The notes beneath the pieces are model-generated. The model was not told the origin of the DNA, did not search any database, and saw only the letters and a list, made by a program, of their open reading frames with translations. A stretch of 64,000 nt of DNA from assembly GCA_031835245.2 (NCBI GenBank), contig JAVKOQ020000014.1, forward strand, positions 1-64,000, read 5' to 3'. Both the position numbers and the translations under genes were made by a program. Below, in pieces: positions 25,688 through 38,055 of the stretch (its first letter is position 1; every line of letters begins with the position of its first letter). The DNA comes from Balamuthia mandrillaris. Its lineage: Eukaryota.

Positions 25688-26634
25688 TTAAAGAAGTATT
25701 TGGAGACGAAGAGTAGGAGCAGAACTTCCGTCGCCTTCGCTCTCTGACCCGCCGTCTTGGCTTTGGCTGCCATCTTCCTCCTCGTCGCTTGCTTCTCTCG
25801 GCTCTCCGTCGCACGTCTCTCCCCATTTGGCTAACATGGCAGGGCCATAGGTCAGGGAACATGCGTCGTCCACAACGGCAAAGGCAACGCCGGTGCAGTT
25901 GGTGGTGTCTGCAAACACTTGTGCGATCCTTTTGGTGCAGTCCACCAGGATGCCCGCCTCTGCTCCGAAAGTAATATTCGCGCATTGGTTGTGGTTGAAC
26001 CACCACTCACCAATGCATACGGATTCACTCGCTTCCTTGCAGCTGCTGGTTGCCCTCAATGACATGAAACATACCTCTACTCATGAGAAGGGAGCGAGGG
26101 GAGGAAAAAGGTCAACAACATGTTCAAAACAAAACAAACTGAACCAACAAAGAAAGAGGGAAAGAACGATGCCTTGAGGTTCCGGGACAGGTTCACACTC
26201 CTCGCTGTTTTCCACGGGCTGAGGGTTACCATCGCAGTCCTCGTTCCACCTGACGAGAGTGGAGGAATCCCCATTGAGATAGCACTGGTCGGGCACGCCT
26301 CCAAAGACAACCGGACCGGAACAGTCGGTGGTGTTGTAGAGGTGAAACACCCCAGAGAGACAATTCACATAGGCGCTGGCCCCATTCACCTCCACACATT
26401 CTCCTCCGCTGACCGTGTGGTCGCTGCAACTGTGTGGCGCGCCATGACAGGCTTTGTTGTCATACGAATAACCGGAGAAAGTGCAGCTACATCCTTTTTT
26501 AACAAGAAAAACGTAAGAAGCTTGAGAGGGCAAACAACAACAGATTATGTAGTGGAATGGGTACCCTTCGAGACAGCAGCAAATGCCACGAGCATAAGAG
26601 CAAACTGAGTTAGGAGCAAAGCGGTTCGTTGCAT
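25688..26634 (-). CDS. Secreted cysteine-rich protein with two related exon-encoded modules
   Basis: Signal peptide MQRTALLLTQFALMLVAFAAVSKG. Modules ..VNCLSGVFHLYNTTDCSG..WNEDCDGNP and ..VDCTKRIAQVFADTTNCTG..WGETCDGEP. Confidence 0.6.
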
Positions 26635-27125
26635 TTTGGAGTACTAGCACTGGATAAGTGGCCAAGGCGGGCGTGCACTTCCAGCGACGTTGTTCGTTTG
26701 GTTGTGGGCTTGATGGCACACCAGCGGAAGCCCGACATTACCATCCCCATCCTAAGAGTACTACAAGATCCATTGCATTTTTAATGGCACGTGTGTCTTA
26801 CAATTATAATATAATATCGACAATTATAATATAATAATATAATATCGATTCAGAAATCCAATCAAAAATCAAAATCAATCAACTATATTACTTGATCTCC
26901 CGATATGATCTCACCTTAAATCTTCTCTCTCCTCTCCTCGCCCATCTCTTGGCTCCTCTCTTCTCTCTGCTCTCTTCCTCTCTTCTCTCTTCTCGCTTCT
27001 TCTTTCTCCAGTCTCACACACGCCTCATTCCACCTCAGGCGCTCAGCGCTACAAGAAAGAGAAGAAATGATGACAAACCAGATTACGATGAAAGAAGAAG
27101 AGAAGCGTCCCCTTCTCGGCTAGTT

Positions 27126-28658
27126 TTATTTGCCTTGCTGCATGCGTCTTCTCCGTTTTCCAGGCCTGTTCTTGTTGACATTCTTCTTGGCACCAGGGAC
27201 ATGAGGCAACGTCTTTGTGTTGTTGCGTTTGTTGTAGCCGGACATGCTGGCGGCAGAGTCGGCGGAGTTGCTCTTGGAGAAGCGCTTCTGTCCGCCGAAC
27301 CCATATTTCTCGTTCTTCTTTTGTCGTTTGGTGTTCTTTCTTCCTCCACTGTTTTAAATAGGAGAGGGAAGAGGGAAGAGGGAAGAGGGAAGAGGGAAGA
27401 GGGAAGAGGGAAGAGGGAAGAGAGACAAAAGAATAGACAGGGATTAGAGCATTGCGAACTATGAAAGGCAAAGAGTACAAGAGAGAAAGAGATGGAGGTG
27501 GGAACACGCACTCATTGCTTTGCTTTCGCTTCTTGCCTTTATTGTCGGCTTCGTCTTCTGGCGAAAGAAGATCCACCGAAAAGTCTTCGGTGTTGTTGCC
27601 TTGTTTTCGTTCTGCAAACAAAAAAGAGAGAAAAAGGACGAAATAAGAAACGTAAAAACATAAGCGAGGGAAAGAGAAAAAGGGGACCTTTTCGCCATTG
27701 TTTGATAGCTTCCAACTGCTGTTTCTTCTGTTTCGCTCGCTCTTGTTGCTTCTCTGCTTGTACCTGCTTGCCAAACTTCTTCAATTCTCTTTGCTTCCTC
27801 TTCTCTGCAGCTACTTCCAAGTTCTTCTTCTCCGAGAGCAACTTGGCCCGAACTTTCTTCATGTGTTGATCCGATTTAACCTATTCACAAAAAGGAGGAG
27901 ATCGAGAAGAAAAGAGAGAAACAACAAGAAAGCACAAAAAGAAGAAGAACAAGAATAGAAACGTCGTTCGGGGCGTTGCAACAAGAGTCAGAACGAAAGA
28001 GAGATTATGATAAGCGAAAGTAGCAACAAACTAGAAGAGAAGAACAAGAGATGCAGATAACGAGAACAGCGAAAGAGAAGACAGCTTGAGAACGAGGAGA
28101 AAAAAAGTACCATCTCCGCAAAATAGTCATCAGGACGTTTGTGAGGTATGCCGAGGTCCTCGAACCGTATGCAAGACTGCGCTACAGCCTCAAGCGCTTG
28201 TTTGTAGCTTTAAAACCACAACAAGAAAGATCAGCAAAGATACATTTAACACCAAAATGGAAGAAGAGAGGAACACTCACAAAGCGGCTTCGCGTTGGAG
28301 GTCATCGTGAACGTCCGGAACGGCCTCTTCTTCCTCAAAGGTGTGGTCCAAGCGTTCTATCCACTCGATCTCACGGCCTCCACCCAGAACAATGTCCTCC
28401 AACTTGCTCAACAAGCCCGCCTGTTCGACATCGAAAAGGCATTCCAGCGAGAATGGATGAAGAAGGTTTGGTTTTAAGATGAGATGAAAAGTAACCGAAA
28501 CAAGAAGCGAAGAAAAAATGTTTATCAATTTTTTGCAAAACTCAAACCTGGTTATTGATGTAAGCAGTGGAAAAGTCCAACACGCCCTCATGTTCCCCGT
28601 TCGGGTGGTCCTCCGCGGCGGCATTTCCCTCCACTACGTTCATTTCGTCGTCGCTCAT
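27126..28658 (-). CDS. EBP2: rRNA-processing protein Ebp2
   Basis: DVHDDLQREAAF, RPDDYFAEM, KQRELKKFGKQVQAEKQQERAKQKK, KYGFGGQKRFSKSNSADS. Confidence 0.92.
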
Positions 28659-29084
28659 CTCCTCCTTCTCTCTTCCTTTTTTTTTTTGCTTTTCTTCTTT
28701 TCTTCTTTCTTTTCAAACGACTCCTCAATCACATCGGTGACGTCATCATATTTATCATGACGTCGCGAATGTTTTTCATTCAACCTATTTTTACCTTCGC
28801 TGGGAGTTGAACCAACGATTGTCGACAGAAAAATATCGCAAGCAAAAAAAAGAAGAGCGCAGGACAGGGGCTGGCGATGAAGAAGGACAACGACGTGGAA
28901 GGTGGGCGGAGATGTGCAGGACAGGGGCTAGTGATGAAGAAGAGGCAAACCCACAGACAACCCATGGCATACCAACCAAAAACGAAGAGAAAGAAGAGGG
29001 AAATGATGAAAATACAACACATCTCTTTATAACAACAGCTTTTGCTCTTCTTTTTTTTTTCATCTCTAACACGTTCGTTCCACG

Positions 29085-29837
29085 ATGGCTTCCTCCTCTA
29101 CACCTACTGCTGCCACGACAGCTACCACCACCGGCGAACAGGCCAAAACCAGCAGCGCAGCTTCTACCAGCTCCTCTCCTTCCTCCCCATTCAAGCCTCT
29201 TCCCTTCGACCCTCGCTTTGAGGACCCAAATCATGGCGACCTGACCGTGGTCATCAACCACTGCGTTCGCTTCCACGTCCACCGTTTGGTGTTGTGTCTG
29301 GCCTCGCCTGTCTTCCGTGCCATGCTCGAAGGAGGAATGAAGGAGTCCCATCAGCACGAAATCCACCTTCAAGAGGACCCAAAGCATGCTCCGGTCTTCG
29401 GCCAGCTGCTCTCCTTCTTGTATCCCTACGAGCACACTGAGGTCAACGCGGATAATGTCCAGGGCTTGCTCCACTTTGCGGACAAATATCAGTTCTCTTC
29501 CAACGTGAAGAAAGCCTGTGAGGTCTTTCTTCTGACGCAACCAGAGTCTTGGGTCCAACTGCTGACCGCACAGCGGTACGGCCTCAAGAAGTTGTTGGAG
29601 AAGCAGGCGGCGTGGGCCACCTGCAACCTGCCATCAAGGGTAGGGGACGCTTCTCGGAGACTGCAGCAGTTGGATGTGGACGCATGCCGTTTGATGTTGG
29701 ACCACGTGTGCAAAAAGCTCAGAAGGCTATCGTATCTCCCCACGTGTGTTGGTATGGAAAGTAGCTTTGGTAGCAAAACTGAACCCTCCTTTGCGGCTGT
29801 GAAACGCTCCTCCATCACCGAACTGCTTTTCAACTAA
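29085..29837 (+). CDS. BTB/POZ domain protein (single exon)
   Basis: GDLTVVI..FHVHRLVLCLASPVFRAMLEGGMKES..LLSFLYP..LLHFADKYQ. Confidence 0.9.
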   Translation: MASSSTPTAATTATTTGEQAKTSSAASTSSSPSSPFKPLPFDPRFEDPNHGDLTVVINHCVRFHVHRLVLCLASPVFRAMLEGGMKESHQHEIHLQEDPKHAPVFGQLLSFLYPYEHTEVNADNVQGLLHFADKYQFSSNVKKACEVFLLTQPESWVQLLTAQRYGLKKLLEKQAAWATCNLPSRVGDASRRLQQLDVDACRLMLDHVCKKLRRLSYLPTCVGMESSFGSKTEPSFAAVKRSSITELLFN

Positions 29838-30550
29838 ATGGTTTTTGCTTATCTCCCTCTTCACTCTCAATGCACACTTGATCTTCTGCCATGTCACCCC
29901 ACTCACCATAAGAGAGAGTAAGGAGGGAACAATCATAATAAACTCTTCTTATATGTTCAGACTACCTTCGTGGCGCTTCCTCCATTATTAGCAGCCCCTT
30001 CTAAAGTCTCCAAAGCCCTGGTCCCAGGGCAGGGCCTGCGAATAAGCAGCAGTAGAAGAGGGATGCCAGGGAGTTATGCCCCATTGTTGAAACCAATGCG
30101 TCTCCTTCAAGGACGCTAAGAGCTGCGATTGCACACAGTTCGTTCGCTGCTTTCTGTTTCCATATGTTGACCAGAAACTTTGTAAATGTTTACATCCACG
30201 ATAACAACAACAAGAACACGCAAACCTAGTGGAATGGAGGCACTCTGCTGGCATGAAAACTAGTTTACCACTTGCTTTGGTACGGGATTATCTGCTCGAA
30301 TATGCCTCTTATCCACTCTCTTGTCTGCTGGGATTCATCTCCTATCCACTCTCCTATCCGCTGAAATCGTTCTGCTCTCTTATCCTCTCTCTTATCCTCT
30401 CTTTGCAGTGGGCAAAATGCATTCTGCTCTCTTATCCTCTCTCTTATCCTCTCTAGAGTTTTACACTCGTCGACAATAAAACTCCAAGAGTTTCGCTTCC
30501 CTGTTACCAATCAAAAATCAGACAATTATAAGAGTAGTACTACTACCGGG

Positions 30551-32067
30551 ATGACGGTTCGGAGGGGGTGGCTGCTGCTGGTGTTGCTGGCCTGCACCAG
30601 CGCTTTGCTGGGTGGCATCCACCTCGTGGGGCAGGGTGCGATCGCTGACAATGAACTTGAAGGTGATGTCGTTCAGCGAGAATTACCGCGGGAAGCTCCT
30701 CAAATGAAGATCAGTGTGCTTGACCAAGGGAAGCGGCTGCTTTGGCTGAGCGGGATACAAGATAAGCTCGAAGGTTCGGCCTACCACTTTCTAGTTCTCC
30801 TCCCTTCTTTTATAACTCGGCGTGGTTCTCCTCGCTCTCTTCTCTGTCTTTCTCACTCCTCTATTTCTCGCGATCCTTTTTTTACCAATGCTTAAACCAC
30901 AACAAGGAACAACAAAGTCAAAATACCTCGAATCCAGTGACTTTTATGTTCAGAGTTATCTGGTGGGTCTTCTTTCGGCCAGAGAGAAGGCTCCTTCTGT
31001 GAAACCGGTGCTCATTCTGCAAGGCGACTGGCAAGGAAGAGAGGACTTCCTCCACACCGTCAAAAAGCTTGGCGGAGTTGTTTGGTTCCACAAGCTGTCG
31101 TTTGAGGAGGAGCTGCGCAAGCACAAAGGCAAGTGGCCTCAGGTTGATAACATGTGGGGCTCATTCTTGAAAGTGGACTTACCTCTCATCATGAATGAGA
31201 TTGCACCACTCTTAGGTAATTTGTGCCCATGAATTCATCATTTAACCTCCCATCTCTCTCTCTCTCTCTCTCTTTCTCTCATTACTTCCTCATTTTTCCT
31301 TCAGATTCTTACAAGAGTTTCATAAGAGGAAAATGTGGACAAGAACTATATTCTTTGGACAGATGCTGACGTGATGTTTGAGAAAGACCTGAACTCCAAC
31401 AGCCTCCCCAAGCCAAGACTGTTCAGCGTGGCGCCGGATGCAGCCTTTGATGGCCGACCAGAGAACTTTGGCGTGGTTTACACCAATGTCTCTGCTTATG
31501 CGTCGGTCTTTCCACAGGTTAACATCTCTTCTCTCTCTCTCTCTCACTTTCTATGCTTCTTTAATTCTTAACTGTTTCTACTTATCTTTCTTTGGCTTTA
31601 AGGTGATCGAACATGCAAACAGCAGGAGCTGGCATTATGATATTGCGGACCAAGCGCTGCTGAACGAGGTATTCCAGTCTACCGCTCTTATCTCCCATCT
31701 CCCTAATACGTACAACTACCGGGTCTATTGGGGAAGACCAAAACCTCTCTTATGGAGTCCAGCCTTGCCCCCAGCCATCATTCATTTTCACGGACCCAAA
31801 CCAGAGTTTGCGATCTGTGTTGTGAACGAGCTGAGAGCCCAAGAGCTTTTAGCAACAACAGAAAGCAAGAAGAGCAAGAGGAAGACGAAGGATGAGGAGG
31901 AAGGACAAACGTTGGACGAACAGATCCTGGGCAAGTGCGGAGGACGCCTTGATATTTTGCAGCTGGTGCGTTGGGGGTTCGAAAGGGATGGGGGAGAGTA
32001 TTGGGATGAAGTGGTTGCAAAGTATAGAAGCTATGTTCAGCGTTTAGCATCTAAAAGGAAGTGGTGA
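30551..32067 (+). CDS. Type II membrane GT-A fold glycosyltransferase (GT8-like), paralog 1
   Basis: N-terminal TM; YILWTDADVMF (DxD), DQALLN, YNYRVYWG, IIHFHGPKP; four exons. Confidence 0.8.
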
Positions 32068-32621
32068 TTCAAACCTTCTCTTGTCCTTCATTTCTTTCTT
32101 TCTTTGTTTAACTTTTGAACTGATATCAGTGCAAAAAAACACGAGGAGAGAGAGGGGGAAGAGGTTGAGTAAGAGGAGGTGGCAGGAAGGAACGAGCCCC
32201 AATCTACTTCTAAATATGTGAGTATGGTCCTTGCTCATGGGTACCAACTGAATTTCGTTCATCCTCCCCGTTCCCAGCAGTGTCTTTCCAGATGACAGAC
32301 CAAACCTTCAACTGGTGCTCAAGCAACATTCGGTACGAGAGGACTTCCGCGTAGGCTTTCACTTTTAGAGGCCAGAAACTCTTCCTCCTCTCACCAAAAA
32401 GATCTTGTTGTTGCCAAAGGCGAACATCGTGTCCTCCGCAACCACCACAAAACGCGGAGGAGTACCGTGACTTGGGGAAGGTGAGCTCTTGCACCACGTT
32501 GCGAACGTGACCACAGAGATTCCGCGCCTGGTATTGTTTTGCATGATTGGCATACGTTACATCGCTTTCATACGACACATTCTCAACATTGTTTCGCGTT
32601 CATAAAAAACATAAAGAAGAA

Positions 32622-33694
32622 ATGGAAGAAGAAACGAAACGATGTGATGGACGAATGGCGAGAGAGTTTTTCCAGAAAGACTGCGTGACCTTGTCTCGCG
32701 CTCTTCTGGGGCGTGTCCTCGTTCGCGTGCTGGAAGATGGCACCCGCCTCTCCGGTCGCATCGTCGAAGTGGAAGCCTACCTCGGCGGGGAAGACCGAGC
32801 CGCTCATTCCTTCCTGAACCGCCTCACCGAGAAGAACAAAAGCATGTTTCTTCCTCCAGGTTCGTGTTGCCTTTCTTTTTGCTTTCTTTCTTCTTTTTCC
32901 ATCTAAACAACAAAGAAAAAAGGGTATTCATATGTTTATAAGTCTTTTAAGGGAAAGAACGATTGTTTTAACATAACGAGTGACGAGGAAGGCATTCCTG
33001 CTGCTGTTTTGATACGCGCTCTGGAACCTCTCGGTATCCTCCTCTCCCTTCCTTCTTCTTCTTCTTCTTCTTCGTCTCTTTGATTTTTTGTTTAATGTCT
33101 GCTTGTTAAAAATAATTAATTTAAACAGAAGGAGAAGAACAAATGTACAAGAATAGAAGAGAGGCGGTCGGTTGCACCAAGTTCAAGCGCAACAGTCTTT
33201 GTGCTGGTCCCGCTCGTCTCTGCCAATCGCTTCGCATCACTAGAGAGGAGTTTGACGGAGTGGATCTCACCGACGCAGACTCGCTTCTCTTTCTCGAATG
33301 TCTCTGTTGTCCAAAAACAAGAACGAAAACGAAGAAGTTACGTTTCGGAAGAATGCAAATGACAAAACAGAAAGCCAAAGAAGACGTTGAGAATGAAAAA
33401 GAGACAGAAGAAGAACGAGAAGAAGAAGAAGAAGAAGAAGAAGAAGAAGAAGAAGAAGAAGAACAAGAAGAACAAGAAGAAGAAGAGGAAGAGGCAGAAG
33501 AAAAAGAAGATATAGTAAGCACACCTCGGATTAATATTGCGTATGCGGGGGAATGGGCCTACAAAGAGCTGCGTTTCTGCCTTCGCAACAAGAACCAATA
33601 CTTGAGCTTTCCTATCAACGGAACTTTATCTCCTCTTTCTCCTGTCATGCTGTTCTCTCCTTCCTCTTCCTCAACAAACTCGTTATCTTCTTAA
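32622..33694 (+). CDS. MPG: 3-methyladenine DNA glycosylase (AAG/MPG family)
   Basis: LSGRIVEVEAYLGGEDRAAHS, SMFLPPG, AAVLIRALEP, LCAGPARLCQSL, TPRINI..WAYKELRF. Confidence 0.92.
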
Positions 33695-33698
33695 CCTT

Positions 33699-33884
33699 TC
33701 ATTGGTGATGGTTAACGTCGTCCTCTTCTCCTTTGTACGCTTTGAGAGATTCGTCGATGTAACGACCCCAACAATCGGTACAAATGATGGATGGCTTCTT
33801 CTTGCCTTCCAAAAGAAGTTTATGTTTGCAACATTCTGCACAGAAACTCCTGGAATAGATATTTGGAGAATTAAAGGAAAGAAG

Positions 33885-33939
<55 letters not shown>

Positions 33940-36800
33940 GGAGAAGGAGAGAACGTAAGAAAGTTACAAGAAATTAAAAGCGGAACGGAGAAGTATATAC
34001 CCAGCACAAATCCTACAATGATGCCGCCGCAAAACGACCGTGAACTTTGCTTCACACCGAGTGCAAGCTTTCTTCTTCTGCCACTTACTCTTCGGAGCTG
34101 CTTTCGGTCTCGCTCCTTGTTCTCTCTTTGGTTGGAGTTGAGAATTGTTTTGTTTTTCGTAATTGTTGATGAGGACCATGCCTAACCCAGATGAAGTGGA
34201 TGGTGGTAAGGAAGGAGATGAAGCAGTTCCAAAAAGTTGTTCTTCGTCATCATCTTCATCTGCATCCAAAATGATGACTTCCTCGTCGTCAAAGTTTACA
34301 ATGTCGTCTTCATCGTTTTCTTCATTTTTGTTGTTATGAATAACTTCTTCTATTCCGCTTGGCCTATTGGCTAAACGAAAGAGATTGTCACACTCCTCCA
34401 TCCACTTCTGTTTCAGGCTTTGAGAGATAATGTCCTCTGCTTCTGTCTTGTTTTCTTCTTTGTTCTTTATTGTTGGTATTGCTTTCACTTCAGTTATTTG
34501 TTGTTGTTGCAAAGAAGAAGAAGCAGAAGCAGAAGACGAAGACGAAGACGAAGACGAAGACGAAGATGAAGATGAAGATGAAGATGAAGATGAAGATGAA
34601 GATGAAGATGAAGATGAAGATGAAGATGAAGATGAAGATGAAGATGAAGATGAAGGGGTCTTATTTGCAGTTGAAGAAGGTTCTTGTTGAATAACAGGTG
34701 TTGAAGTAGAAGAAGCTGCAGTAGTAGTGGGGAGAGTGCCAGAAAACGAATTCGAAGCACTTCGTGGTTGACAGAATGTTTTGGCTCTTTGTGCTCGAAT
34801 ATTTTGTGCTCTTTCTCCGATAATAACGTTTCTTCTTCCGTTTCTGACGGTATCGGCGCTCAACAGAAGCGATTGACGCCAATTTCCAACACGTTTGTGT
34901 TGCTGCAGTTGGGTTGTGTTGTTATTAATGAAAGATGCAGTTGGAGCAAAGCGAGATAATGACGTCTCAGTTTGTGATCTGCGCCGTTCGTTGTTTTCTA
35001 CTGTTGTTGAAGAAGAAGGGAGTGGATGTTGTTCTCTCGCTGTTTCTTTTTCTTGGTGTTTACTCTCTTCCTGTGTGTTGTGCTGTTTCGTTTCTTTGCT
35101 TTCTTCGTTTGCACTTAGTGTTTCTTCTGTTTTTTCTTCTTCTTCTTTCTCGTCATCTTTCATAGATTCCATTAACTTTCGTTTGCGCTCCATCAAAGCA
35201 GCAACTTGTTGTTCCAAATCTTCGACCGTGTCTCGAAATGATCCTACTTGTAGTTCATCGTCCTCTGCAGTTTCTGTCGTTTTGCTATTTTGTATTTCTT
35301 GAGATAGAGCAGAAATCGGGATAGAGGAAGATGGAAGAGGAATAGAGGGAGATAAAGGAGGTGATGTTGTCGTTTCTGCGGATGTACATTCTCCGTAAGC
35401 TTGTTTGTGCTCTTCTTTTTTCTCTTCACTTTCTTGGTTTGCGTTGTCTTTTGGTTGTTCATCATTACCGTTGTTATTTCCTTCGGCGACTGTTTGTTCT
35501 TTTTCTCGTGTTTGTTGGTTGCTCACCACATCATCGTTCGTCATTGGAGCTTGCTCCACAATCGCAGTTTTCCGTTTCACCGTTCGTCGTTTGTTCGCAG
35601 CGCCTCTTCTCTTTCTTTCCACGATCACTTCATCCTCTTTTGATGTCGCTGCTTCTACACTATCTTCTCTTTCTTTCTCTTTCTTCTTTTCATCCGCTCG
35701 GTCCATCGCTGCTGCAACAGCAGCAACTCCTTCTGTCAATGTGGCCATCACCACCTCTAATTCCGCGATGGAGCGTTGATCCGCTTGCAGGTGATGTGGA
35801 TTGGCCACTTCCAGTTGTAAGAGCATGGACTCGAGGCCCATTAGCAGTTGGAGTAACGTTTGCATATCCTCTTGGTTGCGCAGAAAGGCGTACTCATCAT
35901 ACCATTCGCTTTATTTGTTTACGACAAGCAAATTAGAAGAAATCAAATGGAAGAAGATGGTAGTGAAGAAGCAGCACAAGGAAGCGGGGAAGAAGAAGAA
36001 GAAGAAGAAGAAGAAAACAAGCACAAGAAGAAGAAGAAGAAGAAGAAGAAGAAGAAGAACAAGAACAAGAACAAGAACAAGAACGAATAAACAGAAACTA
36101 ACCTAACGTGCTTGTTGCTGCTCATCCGCTTGAGGCATCCCCGCAACAGTCCATGGTTTAGAACGGCACGTAGGAACGCTCTTCCTCTCCCGTCATCCGT
36201 TCCAATAGCAGCAATTCCTTTCACTTGCGTCACCACCTTTTCCTCCGTCACCGTTTCATTCTCTTCTTCTCCAGGGCCCTCTACTCTTCCTCTTCCTTTT
36301 TCTGCTTCCTTCTCCTCTCCTCTTTCTTTAGTTACTTCTTCTGCATCCTCCACCTCCTCCTTTTGTGCTCCTGCTTTCAAGATACTCACCCGAATGCTGC
36401 TCGTTCTTCGCACGAAACTGTTGAGCACTCCCTCCACTTTGCTCTTCTCCTCCGAAGCAGAGGAAGCGGAGGAGGAGGAGGTCGAGGAAGCAAAGAAGAT
36501 CCGCTCGCAGTAATTCCAAAAGCAGTTCTCCTGGCGGGCCATCCGGTGGTTCAGCAGCTGCTCCAGGGTGGAGAGGAAGAGGGGCACGCCGTCCGTGTCC
36601 TCCTCCACCAGCACGCGGCGGGAGGAGGGCGTGCCGATCCAGTGGTCCCCTCCCCCTCCTCGCCCGTGGCCTCCTCCCAACACGGCGGCAGAGAGGATCT
36701 GACGCAGAGCGGACTTGAGCTGGGAGAGATAACGCTTTCTCTCTTGTTGGCAACGAAGCGAGGTCGCATCTTTTTTTACATAAAAAGGGAGTATTTAGCG

Positions 36801-36834
<34 letters not shown>

Positions 36835-36891
36835 AAGGAGAGAGAAGAGGGAAAGGAAGAAAGTACTCGCAGCGGAACTCCAGGGCTCCAT
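33699..36891 (-). CDS. RUN domain + coiled-coil + C-terminal FYVE finger protein
   Basis: RUN-like LEQLLNH..FWNY..GRGRAFLRAVLN..WYDEYAFLR; FYVE CTRCEAKFTVVLRRHHCRIC..FCAECC..ICTDC. Confidence 0.85.
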
Positions 36892-37294
36892 CCTTTCTTT
36901 CTTTCTGTTTGGCGGTGGTCACTCTGTCGTGTCGTCCTTGGGAGAGGTCTTTCCTGATTTTTACCTTTGGCTCCCAAGATTTCGACAATTTTCGCCTTGG
37001 TTCAAAGTACTCAGGTCCTGGTTTCCTTCAAACGAAACATAGTGCTGGAGCTGGTGTTAACCTTGGTTGGGGTACTCATCCGCGGCAATGTAACGTGCCA
37101 AAGTTTTGCGCACGGTTGCGCACGACTGTTTTTCCTTCCTGGACAATTTCATCACACAAACCAAAGCGCACCTTGTGATCTTTGCTCCCCAAATGCTCCA
37201 CAGCGGATGCCCTCTCCTGATATTCGAAACAAGGCTCACCATCTGCATTTGTTACACCAAAAAAGTACAGTAAGGAACAACAACAACAAAAAAA

Positions 37295-38019
37295 GTGATG
37301 AAGAAAGGGACAACAGCCACAAAGCCCTGTGTGTGGAGTGTGGACGAGCTGGCGCTCCACGTCTTTGGCTACGTGCCTCCCCTGGACCTCTGTCGCTCCG
37401 TTCGCCTCGTCTGCAGGCACTTTCACGCCCTCTCCCACGAGGACGCCCTCTGGCGGCGCCTCTGCCTCGCTGGTTTGTTGCCACCGCCCTTTGGCTTTGA
37501 TGAAGATGAAAAAGAAGAGGAAGAGGGCAAGGAAGCAGCAGAAGAGGAGGAGGAGGAAGAAGGAGGAGGAAGAGACGAAACAAAAGAATGGCTGGCCAAG
37601 TGGCTCGCCTTGCAAAGAGAACATCCTTCGCTTCTGCTTCAACGACCGTTTTGTTCTTTCTCCTCTGCTTCCTCGTCTCCGCTCTCGTGGCATGTCATTT
37701 GGCGGCAGCTCTTTTGGTTGGCACCGCGGGTGAACCGTGTTTGCAAGCGTTTGGGGCCTCCGTATGCCTCCTCTTCTTCGTTTCATTCTTTTTTGACAGT
37801 TTAGTACCGTTCTTTTCTTCCTGCTCTGCTTCGTCTCTTCTGCTTCTCTCTTTCTGTCCCTCCTCTCTCTCTCTCCTCACTTTCGCCCTCTCTGCTCTCT
37901 GCTCTCTGCTCTCTGCTCTCTGCTCTCTGCTCTCTGCTCTCTGCTCTCTGCTCTCTGCTCTCTGCTCTCTGCTCTCTGCTCTCTGCTCTCTGCTCTCTGC
38001 GCTCTGCTCTCTGCTCTCT

Positions 38020-38055
<36 letters not shown>

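Noticed and set aside
32210..32578. 122-aa minus-strand ORF between the GT and MPG genes
   Set aside because: No recognisable motif or clear gene structure; cannot be supported without expression data.
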